The notes under the pieces were generated by a model, which saw nothing but the letters and a program-made list of their open reading frames with translations, was not told the origin of the DNA and searched no databases. A program made the position numbers and the translations under genes. Positions 22,578 through 32,000 of a stretch of DNA of 32,000 nt are shown here, in pieces. Positions within the stretch are counted from its first letter, which is position 1; the number at the start of each line of letters is the position of its first letter. The DNA is from Horticoccus luteus (lineage in GTDB: Bacteria > Verrucomicrobiota > Verrucomicrobiia > Opitutales > Opitutaceae): positions 2,250,001 to 2,282,000 of the forward strand of contig NZ_CP080507.1 of NCBI RefSeq assembly GCF_019464535.1, in the 5' to 3' direction.

Positions 22578-24071
22578 ATGAACATCCATCCGACCAAGGA
22601 AGCCTTTCTCCATCTCGCCGAGGCCGGGAATGTCATCCCTGTTTACACCGACCTGATGGCGGACTTCGAAACGCCTGTCTCCGCCTACGCCAAGCTCCGC
22701 GAAGCCGGTCCCTCGTATTTGCTGGAATCCATCGAAGGCGGCGAACGCCTCTCGCGTTACAGCTTTATCGGTTGCCGGCCGCGCAAAATCTTCATCTGCG
22801 GCCCGGAGAAAACGGAAATCCGCGAGGCCGGTCGTCCCGCGCAGCATCTCGCGACGCCCGCTGATCCGCTGACCCTGCTGGAGCACGAGATGAGCACGTA
22901 TCGGCCGGTGTCCCTTCCCGGCATGCCCCGGTTCACCGGCGGCGCCGTTGGCTTCGTCAGCTACGAATACGCCACGCGCATCGAGCCCACCGTGCCCGCC
23001 GCCCCGGTGGATGAGCTGAAAACGCCTCTCCTCTATTTCATCCTCTCCGACTCGCTGCTCATTTTCGACCGCGCGAAACAGACCCTCCGCCTCTGCGTCA
23101 ACGCCCACGTCTCCGACCGCGCCGACGCAGCCGCCGCCTACGACCGCGCCATCGCCGAGCTGCACCACCTTTACGCGTTGCTGAAACAGCCGCGCGGCCT
23201 CTCGCCCGCCCCGCTCGTCGATCCCGGCCGCCCGGACGTGCCGCCCGGCAATTTCACGCCTCAAGGCTTCGAACGCGCCGTCACCGCGTGTCAGGAATTC
23301 ATCCGCGCGGGCGACATCATTCAAGCGGTGCCCTCCCAGCGCTTCGTGCGGCCGTTTGCCCGCTCCGCCCTCGATCTCTACCGGGCGCTGCGCACGGTCA
23401 ACCCGTCGCCCTACATGTTTATCTTGGATGCGGGCGACTTCGCCATCGTCGGCGCTTCGCCGGAAGTGCATGTGCGCCTCACGGACGGACTGGTGGAGAT
23501 TCGCCCGATCGCGGGCACCCGGCCCCGCGGCGCGACCGTCGAACAGGATGCGATCTACGAACAAGAACTCCTCGCCGACGAAAAGGAACGCGCCGAACAC
23601 CTCATGCTCGTTGATCTCGCGCGCAACGACATCGGCCGCGTCTGCCAGTTTGGCACGATCCGCGTGCCCGAATTCATGGTCGTCGAACGCTACTCGCACG
23701 TGATGCACATCGTTTCGCAGGTCGAAGGCAGCATCGACCCGGCGCGCAATGCCTTCGATCTGCTCCGCGCCACTTTCCCCGCCGGCACCGTCACCGGTGC
23801 GCCCAAAGTCCGGGCCATGCAGATCATCGCCGCCCAGGAACCCTCTCAACGCGGTTTCTACGCCGGCGCCCTCGGCAATATCGGTTACGACGGCAATATG
23901 GACACGTGCATCACCCTGCGCACAGCGCTCCTCAAGGACGGTCACATCTATATTCAAGCCGGCGCCGGCGTCGTGGCCGATTCAGTTCCCGCGTCCGAAT
24001 ATCAGGAGACGATCAACAAGGCGGGCGCCCTCCTCAAAGCCGTCGCGCTTGCGGAGCAGTTCGCGTCCTAA
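22578..24071 (+). CDS. trpE: Anthranilate synthase component I
   Basis: 497 aa. LLESIEGGERLSRYSFIG, PSPYMFIL, IAGTRPRG, EHLMLVDLARND, GAPKVRAMQII, and GAGVVADSVPASEYQET are the canonical TrpE motifs. No trpG/trpD follows in this window. Confidence 0.92.
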   Translation: MNIHPTKEAFLHLAEAGNVIPVYTDLMADFETPVSAYAKLREAGPSYLLESIEGGERLSRYSFIGCRPRKIFICGPEKTEIREAGRPAQHLATPADPLTLLEHEMSTYRPVSLPGMPRFTGGAVGFVSYEYATRIEPTVPAAPVDELKTPLLYFILSDSLLIFDRAKQTLRLCVNAHVSDRADAAAAYDRAIAELHHLYALLKQPRGLSPAPLVDPGRPDVPPGNFTPQGFERAVTACQEFIRAGDIIQAVPSQRFVRPFARSALDLYRALRTVNPSPYMFILDAGDFAIVGASPEVHVRLTDGLVEIRPIAGTRPRGATVEQDAIYEQELLADEKERAEHLMLVDLARNDIGRVCQFGTIRVPEFMVVERYSHVMHIVSQVEGSIDPARNAFDLLRATFPAGTVTGAPKVRAMQIIAAQEPSQRGFYAGALGNIGYDGNMDTCITLRTALLKDGHIYIQAGAGVVADSVPASEYQETINKAGALLKAVALAEQFAS

Positions 24072-24313
24072 GCGTAGTCTCCCGCATCCGCTCCGCCGGC
24101 GCCGCACGGTGCGCCAAGGTGACGTTCCTCCGTTCACGCGAATGGCGCGTTGTGCGTCAGCTTGACGCACGGCAATCCGGGATTTTCCCGGGCTGAGAGG
24201 AGAGAAAGTGAGGAAGGATTGGAACGTTTATAGCTCATACGTTGTGAAAACAACCTGCGGAACACGTCCTCCCGTGTCCGTGACCAATCCCAACGCCTTC
24301 ACCGGTATCCATC

Positions 24314-25396
24314 ATGGCTCTTAAATCAAAATACAAACGCACCTTTTCCGAGCCTGACGAGTCCAACGAGCTCGTCCCGCCTGCCGCTCCCACCGGCAAT
24401 GCCGCTCCGTCGTTTCTCGAACGCAACGAGCCGGCCCCTGCGGCCGAATCGGCTCCCCTTGAGCGCAGCAATCTTCAGCTCTACCTCCAGGAAATCGGCA
24501 AGACCGCCCTCCTGACCATTCAGGAGGAGATCGTCCTGGCCAAACGCATCCGACGCGGCGACAAGGCCGCGCGCGATCACATGATTTCCGCGAACCTTCG
24601 CCTCGTCGTGAAAATCGCGATGGACTACAAGGATTTTGGCCTGCCGCTTCTCGACCTGATCAGCGAAGGTAACATCGGCCTCGTGAAGGCCGTGGAACGC
24701 TTCGATCCGCGCAAGGGCGGCAAACTCTCCACTTACGCCGCGTGGTGGATCAAACAGTCCATCAAACGCGCCCTCGCCAACCAGTCGAAGACGATTCGCC
24801 TGCCCGTGCACTTGGTGGACAAAATCTCCAAGATGCGCCGCACCGCCATGGCGTTGACCGAGCAACTCGGCCGCGAACCCACCGATGAGGAAATCGCGAT
24901 CGAGATGCAGATCCCGACCAGCAAGGTCGCGCATCTCAAATCGGTCAGCGTGCGTCCCGCCTCGCTCGACGCGCCCGTCGGCGACGAGTCGGACTCCGCA
25001 ACGTTCGGCGAAATCGTCGGCGACGAAAACGCGACCAGTCCGTTCGAGAATCTCCGCGAGAAAAACCTCAACGAAGATCTCCGCGAGATGGTCGACTCCC
25101 TCGACAAGCGTGAAGCCGAGATCATCCGTTTGCGCTTCGGCCTCGACGGCAAGGACGAGCTGACGCTGGAGGAAGTCGGCAAGCGCTTCAACGTCACCCG
25201 CGAACGCATCCGCCAGCTCGAATACCTCGCGCTTACGAAAATGCGGAAAGCGATGACGAAGAACGAAACCATCCGCAGCGTCGATGAGATCGAGGAAGAC
25301 GAACGCCTGCGCCAGCGCATGGCGATCATCCGCGAATTCGTCGAAAGCAAGAGCCGTCCCGCGGGCGCCGCGCGCGCTCGTGCGGGCCGCAACTAA
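24314..25396 (+). CDS. RNA polymerase sigma-70 family factor (RpoD/RpoS-like, group 1/2) with a C-terminal extension
   Basis: 360 aa. Region 1.2 is LQLYLQEIGKTALLT. Region 2 is ANLRLVVKIA...LISEGNIGLVKAVERFD...YAAWWIKQSIKRAL. Region 4.2 is LEEVGKRFNVTRERIRQLEYLALTKMR. A further 47 residues follow. Confidence 0.88.
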   Translation: MALKSKYKRTFSEPDESNELVPPAAPTGNAAPSFLERNEPAPAAESAPLERSNLQLYLQEIGKTALLTIQEEIVLAKRIRRGDKAARDHMISANLRLVVKIAMDYKDFGLPLLDLISEGNIGLVKAVERFDPRKGGKLSTYAAWWIKQSIKRALANQSKTIRLPVHLVDKISKMRRTAMALTEQLGREPTDEEIAIEMQIPTSKVAHLKSVSVRPASLDAPVGDESDSATFGEIVGDENATSPFENLREKNLNEDLREMVDSLDKREAEIIRLRFGLDGKDELTLEEVGKRFNVTRERIRQLEYLALTKMRKAMTKNETIRSVDEIEEDERLRQRMAIIREFVESKSRPAGAARARAGRN

Positions 25397-25421
25397 GCTC
25401 GCGCATTCCCTTCACCAAACC

Positions 25422-25450
25422 AAAGCCGGCGGCCCTCCGCCGGCTTTTTT
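25422..25450 (+). terminator. Rho-independent terminator downstream of the sigma factor gene
   Basis: AAAGCCGGCGG-CCCT-CCGCCGGC followed by TTTTTT (25445-25450). GC-rich 8-11 bp stem, 4-nt loop, U-tract. It starts 26 nt after the stop codon. Confidence 0.8.
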
Positions 25451-25549
25451 GCGCCCGCGGGACATCGCCTGCGGGTGAATACGTTCTCTGGCGCGGACTT
25501 CTCCCACCGTGCCGATCCGGGAACGCGCGTGCCGCCCCGCGGCCAACAT

Positions 25550-28021
25550 TTACGGTCCCACCCGCAACGACGGTCGCGACCACTCGGCGTAATCGTCGTT
25601 CACCTGCCGCAGCATGGTGATCACGATTCTCACATAAGCCGCTTCCTCCGGCGCGCGGGCGATCGCACGCAAGCGCACGGAATCCCGCGTTTCCCCCACC
25701 GGCAACCGATCCGTCGTCGTTTTCGGCAACACGTTTCCGTCGGCATCGAGAAATACCACGCCCACGGACGTTTCATTCCCCGCACTGACCTTCGCCCGCA
25801 CGCTGACCGACGCATCGCAGAGCTCTCCGGCCTTCACCATCACCGTCTGGCCCACATAGTCCTGCGCGCAGCCGCTGAAGCGCAGCGTTTTTCCGCCTTC
25901 GACTGTGCGAATGCCTTTCACTCGTCGCCCCAGCACTGCCTCCTTATCCGCAAACCACGCCGCGCCCGGCGGCGTCCAGCGGCATGCATAAAGAGGCGAC
26001 GATTCCTGGACGATGAGATCCTTCCACTGAGGATCGCGCAACCGCTCCGCTCCTGCGCTCAATTCCTCCGCGCCGTGAAGTCCCAAGGTTTCGCTGACCT
26101 CACGCTCGAACCGAGCCACGCTTGCGTCCGCTTTGGCCAGCTCCGCCCATCGCGCGGCCAGTCGCGCCGTCGGGTCATAGCGCATGAGCTTCGAAATCTT
26201 CTCCAGGCGCACCGCCAACGGCGTGTCCGTGCGCACCCGCACATGCTCCGCCAAAAACGCCGCGCGGCCCGTGTGAAACGTTCGCCACGCCTCCATCAAA
26301 ACCGCCGGCGTCATCGTGGGATCCTCGAGCTGGAGCGACAAGGCATCGCGCGCTTCGCAAAAATCGGCAAACGCTTCCGTGAGCCGAAAGCCGGCGTCCA
26401 CAAAATCCAGCCGATCGCGCAACATCGCATCCTTCGCCGTCGCCCGTCGCGCCTCCTCCAGACACGCCCGCATCTGCGCGCGCCGCTCCCGCCCAAACAA
26501 CAACGCCTGCTGTTCATCCGCGTAGAACTTTATCCAATAACCCGGGCGCGGCTGCGTCTGCCAAGCCTCCTCGGCCAGACCGTAGAAACGTCGCATGGGC
26601 GCGGCGGCGCGTCCCCAGAATTCCCGGTAATACGTCGCCAGCAACTGGTCCGCATTGCGTTCCGGATCCCACAGCAACTTCGCCGTCAGCCACATTTTCG
26701 GCCCATCCAGCGCCCAGTTGGGATTTGCTTCGGCAAAGAAAACCCGCACACCCGCCCGGTGCTCGAACGGAATCGACGCCCGCACGGCGTAGAGCGTCGG
26801 ACGCGGCACCAGAAACGGCGCGCCATAAAAGTAATCATAAACGCCCACGAGCTTTGCGCCCGAAGCGCACCAGCGCTGAATCAGCGCTTGATCCTCCCGC
26901 GCAAAAGCCGGGTCAAACCACTGGCTGCGATCCGCCGTGAGGATCGGCACCAGGTTCGGTTCGACGGCAAATGTCGGCGTGTTTTCCGTCCAAAAATACG
27001 CATACGCCGGGATGAATCGGTCCGGGAAATCCTGCGCGACTTTCTTGGCCACCGCATTCGTGAATCCGAAGACCATGTCGGAAAAATCCGGCCGCCGACG
27101 AAAATATTTCAATGGCAGCACCAGCGCCTGCGTCTCCGCCGATTGGTCGAAATAGATGCTGTCGTTTTCGCACAGTGAATACCACCGCCTTGCCGGATCC
27201 GCGGCAAACGCGTCGCCGATCACGCGCGCCGCAATGTCCGCCGCGTGCGGATTGGCGATGTTGGGCTGCCATTCGTAACTCTCTCCGTTCGGGAAATAGC
27301 GCTGCCCGCGAAGGACTGGCGCGAGCTCCGGATTTGCCTGCACCACGTCAGGCGAAAAAACGCGATCAAAGCTGTGGCCATGTCCGATGCGCTGCTCAAA
27401 CGCGTTCGCGCGATACCAAGCGCGTTCCTCCGGTGTCCTGATGCCTGATAATGATCGCGACAAAAACGCCGGCCGCGCGCTCACGCGGCCTGCTCTCAGC
27501 ACCAACGAATCCCGGCGCGGGATCACTTCTCCGCGCGCTCCCGGCACAAACCATTCAGCGTTGAGCGTTTGCTCCAAAAACCACGCCGCCGCGACCATGA
27601 TCGAGGCTCGCGCCTCACTCGTGATAATCACCGCGCCTGGCTCCACCCGATAAGCCACGCCGGTATCGAAGGGCGCTGCGTTCGGCACCAGCCACTCCTT
27701 TGCCCCGCGGCGCGTGGCTCCGACGAAAATTGCTCGCGCGCCGTTTTCCGCTGCGTCTTCGAGCACGATCGGAAACGCCGCCGGCACCGTGCCGGCCGCC
27801 TTGGCCAATCCATCCGCGAGCATGCGCGCCGCCTCCCACTCCTCGTCGCGGGCGTCGGCTGGCACCACCAGTTCGCACCCCGGCCATTCTGGCGAAAACA
27901 CCACGGCGGCATGCGCCAACCGCACCACGCGCTCGCGGTGCGTCCAGATGGCGACGACCGCCAGCAACGCGCCGGCCAGCAGCAGGAGCCAAGCCGCACT
28001 GGCGCGGCGGGCAGCAGTCAA
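25550..28021 (-). CDS. DUF4838-like exported or anchored protein (putative glycoside hydrolase-like) with a C-terminal carbohydrate-binding-like domain
   Basis: 823 aa. TTG start at 28021 overlaps the upstream TGA (TTGA). N-terminal signal anchor AAWLLLLAGALLAVVAIW. The central region (YAYFWTENTP, FFAEANPNWALDGPKMWLTAKLLWDP) fits my recollection of DUF4838. Family call is from memory only. Confidence 0.6.
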   Translation of the reverse strand: MTAARRASAAWLLLLAGALLAVVAIWTHRERVVRLAHAAVVFSPEWPGCELVVPADARDEEWEAARMLADGLAKAAGTVPAAFPIVLEDAAENGARAIFVGATRRGAKEWLVPNAAPFDTGVAYRVEPGAVIITSEARASIMVAAAWFLEQTLNAEWFVPGARGEVIPRRDSLVLRAGRVSARPAFLSRSLSGIRTPEERAWYRANAFEQRIGHGHSFDRVFSPDVVQANPELAPVLRGQRYFPNGESYEWQPNIANPHAADIAARVIGDAFAADPARRWYSLCENDSIYFDQSAETQALVLPLKYFRRRPDFSDMVFGFTNAVAKKVAQDFPDRFIPAYAYFWTENTPTFAVEPNLVPILTADRSQWFDPAFAREDQALIQRWCASGAKLVGVYDYFYGAPFLVPRPTLYAVRASIPFEHRAGVRVFFAEANPNWALDGPKMWLTAKLLWDPERNADQLLATYYREFWGRAAAPMRRFYGLAEEAWQTQPRPGYWIKFYADEQQALLFGRERRAQMRACLEEARRATAKDAMLRDRLDFVDAGFRLTEAFADFCEARDALSLQLEDPTMTPAVLMEAWRTFHTGRAAFLAEHVRVRTDTPLAVRLEKISKLMRYDPTARLAARWAELAKADASVARFEREVSETLGLHGAEELSAGAERLRDPQWKDLIVQESSPLYACRWTPPGAAWFADKEAVLGRRVKGIRTVEGGKTLRFSGCAQDYVGQTVMVKAGELCDASVSVRAKVSAGNETSVGVVFLDADGNVLPKTTTDRLPVGETRDSVRLRAIARAPEEAAYVRIVITMLRQVNDDYAEWSRPSLRVGP

Positions 28022-29970
28022 CGTTCCGCCCGCTGCCGGGCGTCCGCTTCGATGTGCTTCATGATTTCATCCAGCGCCGCCTGCGCCCGCTGCTTCACCG
28101 CGGGCAGCTCGGACGCTCCGCCGACTTTGGCCTGCGCGAACACATAGAACTTCATCTTCGGCTCCGTGCCGCTGCCGCGCGCCGCAAAGCAGGTGCCGTC
28201 GCCCAGCGTCACGAAATACAGATCCTGTTTCGGCACTTCCTCGCCATCCGCATCGAGAATGCGCTCGCGGCCGAAGTCGTCGAACTTCACCACCGCCACG
28301 TCGCCAAACGCCGTCGGCGGGGCGGCGCGATAGGTTTCCAAAATGCGTTTGATTTTAGCCGCCCCCGTCGCGCCTTCGTAATAAAGGTTGATCGTGCCTT
28401 CGAGGAAGAAGCCGTATTTCAGGTAAATCTCATCGAGATATTCCGTGACGGTGAGGCCGCGCTTTTTCACCCACGCGCACAGCTCTGCAAACATCACGCA
28501 GGCCGCGTTCCCATCCTTGTCGCGCAAATAATCGTTGGGCAGGTAGCCGTAACTTTCTTCGGTGCCGAAGGCGTAAAACGTGGCGTGCTCCTGCAGTAGC
28601 CGCGCGCGCTCCCGAAACGGCGTCGCATCGTAATCGAACCCCGGTCCCATCGCCGCGCGCAACTGCTCTTCATAACCGCGCATCTTCGCCGCGATCCACT
28701 TGAAACCCGTCAACGTGTTCACGACTTTCACGCCGTGACCGCGACCGATCGCATCTTGGAGTTGGGTCGTCACAAAGGTCTTGATGATCGCGACGCGCGA
28801 CGAGCCTTCCGCGGGGATCCAGCCCAGCTCCTTGTAGCGCGCGAGCCGGTATTCCGCGAGGAGTGAGCCGATCTGGTTGCCCGTTAAAAGCTGCAGTTTC
28901 CCCTCGCGCGTGCGCACCGCGCAGGCCATGCGGTCCGCGTCCGGATCCGTCGCCAACACAACATCGGCGCCGGTCTTCTCCGCCAGCTCGACGGCCAGTT
29001 TGAGCGCCGCGGCGTTCTCCGGGTTAGGCGACTTCACCGTCGGGAAACGTCCGTCAAACGCCACCTGCGACGGCACCTCTTCCACCCGCGCGCCCGCGTG
29101 CAGGAGCAGCGGCACCGAGTGAATGCCGCCCGTGCCATGGATGTTCGTGAAGACAATTCGCAGTTTTTCCCCGCCGCGGAACACCTCCGGGTCGATCACC
29201 GCTTTCGCCGCGACGGCGAGATACGCATCGTCCGCCGCGCGCCCCAGTGTCGTCACGCCTTGCAAATCGATCGCGAGAAACGCCGCCAGTTCGGCGAGCG
29301 GCACGGCGTTGACTTCGGTCACGATGCCTTTGTCGTGCGGCGCGATCACTTGCGCGCCATCCTCGAAATACGCTTTGAAGCCATTGTCGTGCGGGGGGTT
29401 GTGGCTCGCCGTGATGACCACGCCCGTGTGCGTCTTCAGCGCCCGCACCGCGAAGCTCAACTGCGGCGTGGGCCGCGGCCCGTCGAAGATGAACGCCTCG
29501 CCGCCGAGCCGCGTCCACGTCGACGCCGCGAGCTCGCAGAAATGCCGCGAAAAATGCCGCACATCGTGCGCGATCACCAGCCGCGGCGTCTCCTGCCGGC
29601 CCGCGCCGGCGAGAAACTTGACCGTATAACGATGCAAACCGACCACGGCGCGGATCAGCGTGAAATCGTTGAGCATATTGCTGCCCACCGCGGCGTGCTC
29701 CGGCGTGCCCGCAGCATTCACCTGGCCCGTTTCGGCCGCCGCCTGCACCACGCCGATCGTCCGCCCGCGCATGCCGCCGGTGCCGAATTCGAGATAACGA
29801 TAGAAGCGGTCGTTCAACTCGCTCCATGCCTCCTTCGCGACCAGTTCTTCAACGCTCGCGCGCACCCACGCCGGCAATTGCGCCTCGCTCCACGCAATCA
29901 AGTTATCCTCGGCAGACGGCATCAAGCGGCCCGCCTGCACGGCATCGGCGATTTTTTGGCGAAGTGACAT
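28018..29970 (-). CDS. Phosphohexomutase (phosphoglucomutase/phosphomannomutase family)
   Basis: 650 aa from ATG 29970 ([11 protein letters not shown]..); the 66 upstream codons of the track ORF are not protein-like. Active-site loop [17 protein letters not shown], metal-binding TDPDADR, sugar-binding GTEESYGY. Confidence 0.88.
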   Translation of the reverse strand: MSLRQKIADAVQAGRLMPSAEDNLIAWSEAQLPAWVRASVEELVAKEAWSELNDRFYRYLEFGTGGMRGRTIGVVQAAAETGQVNAAGTPEHAAVGSNMLNDFTLIRAVVGLHRYTVKFLAGAGRQETPRLVIAHDVRHFSRHFCELAASTWTRLGGEAFIFDGPRPTPQLSFAVRALKTHTGVVITASHNPPHDNGFKAYFEDGAQVIAPHDKGIVTEVNAVPLAELAAFLAIDLQGVTTLGRAADDAYLAVAAKAVIDPEVFRGGEKLRIVFTNIHGTGGIHSVPLLLHAGARVEEVPSQVAFDGRFPTVKSPNPENAAALKLAVELAEKTGADVVLATDPDADRMACAVRTREGKLQLLTGNQIGSLLAEYRLARYKELGWIPAEGSSRVAIIKTFVTTQLQDAIGRGHGVKVVNTLTGFKWIAAKMRGYEEQLRAAMGPGFDYDATPFRERARLLQEHATFYAFGTEESYGYLPNDYLRDKDGNAACVMFAELCAWVKKRGLTVTEYLDEIYLKYGFFLEGTINLYYEGATGAAKIKRILETYRAAPPTAFGDVAVVKFDDFGRERILDADGEEVPKQDLYFVTLGDGTCFAARGSGTEPKMKFYVFAQAKVGGASELPAVKQRAQAALDEIMKHIEADARQRAER

Positions 29971-30180
29971 GCGCTGAAGATAGATAAACCGCGACTGCCC
30001 GGAAAGCGCGGAGTTACGGCACCCGCCACATTTCGCGCGCCTACTCCGGCGACTGCAGGCTTGCAGTCCGGATTCGACATTCGCTTTTTGGCGGAGGAAA
30101 TCACCCGCCGGCCACCTTTTCGCCCCCCGCATATATTCCGCATGGCCATTTTCCGCCTCCCTTCCCAACCTGCCGCTTCG

Positions 30181-32000
30181 ATGATTTTTCGGCAGCTGGC
30201 TTTGTGGCTCACAGGACTGGCTCTGGTCGCGACGTCCTGGGGACGCGAGTCGCTCCCCGTCATCCGCTTTGGCGTCCCGCGCGATGCCGCGCCCTTGTGT
30301 TTCATCGATGAGAACGGCCAGCCCAAAGGTTTCACCCCTGATCTCTTGGCCGCGGTCGCCAAAGCGGGCGGCTTCAAGGCCGAGTATGAGGTCAACTGGT
30401 GGAGCACGAACATCGTTTCATTCCAAGCCGGGAAAGTCGACGCGCTCACCACCATCAGCAGCACGGATCCAGATCTGGAGAACCATGCCTATTCCATCAT
30501 CACGGCCACCATTCGCGGCGTGACGTATTCGCGCCCGGACCGGCCGCCCTTGCTCCGGACTTCGGATTTCAAGGGTAAAACCCTCGGAGCGATGCTCGGC
30601 ACCACGGCCCTCGCTCATGCGCTGCAACACCCCGAATGGGGCGCCACGATCGTCCAATACAAGTCGCCGGACGACATCCTCCGCGACACGGCCGAAGGCA
30701 AGTGCGATGCGGCCCTTTTCACGAGCGTCCTTTCCCTCCGCGTCGGCAACACCCACGGACTGCGCAAGGTGTTCGTCGAAGATCTGGTCCACAACTACCA
30801 CGTGGTTTTTCACAAGCGCGACGCCGCCCTCCTCGCGCGCTTCAATGAAGGCCTCGCGACGATTTTGCACAACGGCACTTACGACCACATCTTCGCGAAG
30901 TGGATCGGGCCGGTGGAGCCGCGACCCATCCGGCTGGCCGATCTGCGTCCTTACGCCGTTCCGCTCATCAGTTTGATCGTCGTGGTGGCCGTGATTTTTT
31001 TGTGGCAACGCCGGACGCTCCGGCACATCGCCCGGCACGCCGAGGCGTTGCGCCTGAGTCGGGTCGAACTGGAAGACGCCAACGGGAAACTCGAAGCTGC
31101 GATCGCACGCGCGGAGACCATGGCCGCCCAAGCGGAACTAGCCAGCCAGGCCAAAGGCAGTTTTCTGGCCATGATGAGCCACGAAATCCGCACCCCCATG
31201 AACGGCGTGATTGGCATGGTGGGCCTTCTGCTCGATACGCCGCTTACGCCCGAACAGCGGTTCTTCGTTTCCACCGCCCGCCACAGCGCCGAGTCCCTCC
31301 TCGCGATCATCAACGACATCCTTGATTTCTCGAAAATCGAGGCCGGCCAGTTGCAGTTCGATGCCCAGCCCTTCGACCTTCGCGAAGTGGCCGAAGGCGC
31401 GCTGGCAACGATGGCCGAATCCGCGCAGGCCAAGAATCTCGAACTGCTCCACACCATCGACGCCAACGTGCCCGCCGGCCTGGTCGGCGATGCCGGACGG
31501 CTCAATCAAATCCTCATCAACCTCGTCGGCAACGCGGTGAAGTTCACCTCGCACGGCGAAATCACCCTCGAAATCACCCAAGTCGAATCGCATGACGGCC
31601 GCGCGCGTCTGCGTTTCGCGGTGCGCGACACCGGCATCGGCCTGCTGCCCGAGGAACGCGCCCGGCTCTTTCAACCCTTCACGCAAGCCTCCTCCGGCAC
31701 CACGCGGAAATACGGCGGCACCGGGTTGGGCCTCGCGATTTGCAAGCAACTCGTCGAGCGAATGAACGGCCAGATCGGAGTCGAAAGCGCCCCCGATCAA
31801 GGCTCCACGTTCTGGTTTCTCATCGATCTGCCCGTCGCCGATCCCACGGCCCCCGCGCTGGACAAATTCCACGGCCAACGCACGCTGGTCGTGTCCGCCA
31901 ACGCCGCCGCCCGCGCCCATTTTCGCGCGCAACTGGAATCCTGGGGGCTCGACGTGACGGACGCGCCCGACGGCGAACGCGGCCTCGAGACCTTGCGCGA
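30181..32000 (+). CDS. Sensor histidine kinase with a periplasmic solute-binding (SBP_bac_3-like) domain; 3' end outside the window
   Basis: Not in the ORF track because no stop is reached. My own translation gives [21 protein letters not shown] (signal), a periplasmic-binding-like domain, a TM helix ([17 protein letters not shown]), a coiled coil, His[17 protein letters not shown], and HATPase N/G boxes ([27 protein letters not shown]). A receiver-like start then reads [11 protein letters not shown], which lacks the usual DD pair. ATG 30142 is an alternative start. Confidence 0.85.
   Translation, partial: MIFRQLALWLTGLALVATSWGRESLPVIRFGVPRDAAPLCFIDENGQPKGFTPDLLAAVAKAGGFKAEYEVNWWSTNIVSFQAGKVDALTTISSTDPDLENHAYSIITATIRGVTYSRPDRPPLLRTSDFKGKTLGAMLGTTALAHALQHPEWGATIVQYKSPDDILRDTAEGKCDAALFTSVLSLRVGNTHGLRKVFVEDLVHNYHVVFHKRDAALLARFNEGLATILHNGTYDHIFAKWIGPVEPRPIRLADLRPYAVPLISLIVVVAVIFLWQRRTLRHIARHAEALRLSRVELEDANGKLEAAIARAETMAAQAELASQAKGSFLAMMSHEIRTPMNGVIGMVGLLLDTPLTPEQRFFVSTARHSAESLLAIINDILDFSKIEAGQLQFDAQPFDLREVAEGALATMAESAQAKNLELLHTIDANVPAGLVGDAGRLNQILINLVGNAVKFTSHGEITLEITQVESHDGRARLRFAVRDTGIGLLPEERARLFQPFTQASSGTTRKYGGTGLGLAICKQLVERMNGQIGVESAPDQGSTFWFLIDLPVADPTAPALDKFHGQRTLVVSANAAARAHFRAQLESWGLDVTDAPDGERGLETLR

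Noticed and set aside
24152-24191. Two small hairpins (GTGCGTCA-GCT-TGACGCAC and CCGGGA-TTT-TCCCGG) downstream of trpE, considered as a terminator
   Set aside because: No U-tract follows either stem, and they sit ~80 nt after the stop codon within the sigma-factor upstream region. Function as terminator, attenuator or operator cannot be decided from sequence.
29971-30168. 66-codon N-terminal extension of the phosphohexomutase ORF
   Set aside because: The extension ([19 protein letters not shown]...) is not protein-like and would consume the divergent promoter region. The conserved family N-terminus starts at ATG 29970.
1-32000. Scan of the whole window for CRISPR arrays, tRNA/rRNA genes, IS transposases, integrases and classic defence genes (nucleases, ATPases, restriction-modification)
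   Set aside because: I saw no regularly spaced short repeats, no tRNA-like cloverleaf candidates, and no transposase- or integrase-like translations by eye. A covariance-model or HMM scan (tRNAscan-SE, Infernal, ISEScan, DefenseFinder) would be needed to exclude them formally.

Overview
This 32 kb window is high-GC DNA; hand counts of sample lines give about 65-70% GC. Coding density is high. Most long antisense ORFs in the track are GC-driven artefacts. I cannot name the organism. The gene content (DUF4838, many GT-C membrane proteins, weak Shine-Dalgarno signals) would fit Verrucomicrobiota- or Planctomycetota-like bacteria, but that is inference only.

Content, in order:
- (1) A dTDP-rhamnose block with rfbB and rfbA. 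It is preceded by a partial SDR that looks like a plant/viral-type bifunctional 3,5-epimerase/4-reductase rather than RmlC plus RmlD. A GT2 gene follows.
- (2) A small lower-GC patch with a DUF4258-like toxin gene killed by an in-frame TAA, next to an intact DUF2283-like antitoxin.
- (3) A minus-strand Arn-like operon: polytopic GT-C-like membrane protein, SDR, DegT/ArnB-type aminotransferase, ArnC/GtrB-type polyprenyl-phosphate GT2.
- (4) About 1 kb with no convincing gene. It is followed by a clearly lower-GC two-gene insert encoding a glycine-zipper protein plus a 4-TM protein, which I read as a candidate membrane-active toxin/immunity pair. Direct repeats lie on its right side.
- (5) A head-to-tail ~830 bp tandem duplication that produces one intact and one 5'-truncated SAM-methyltransferase gene.
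- (6) More glycan genes: three GT4s, two further GT-C-like membrane proteins, and a serine-palmitoyltransferase-like alpha-oxoamine synthase flanked by two paralogous GT4 genes.
- (7) Housekeeping and other genes: trpE, a short sigma-70 factor with a C-terminal tail and a clean terminator, a DUF4838 protein translationally coupled to a phosphohexomutase, and the 5' part of a solute-binding-domain sensor histidine kinase that runs off the window.

I found no rRNA, tRNA, CRISPR array, transposase or integrase by eye. All family assignments come from motif recognition, not from database searches.
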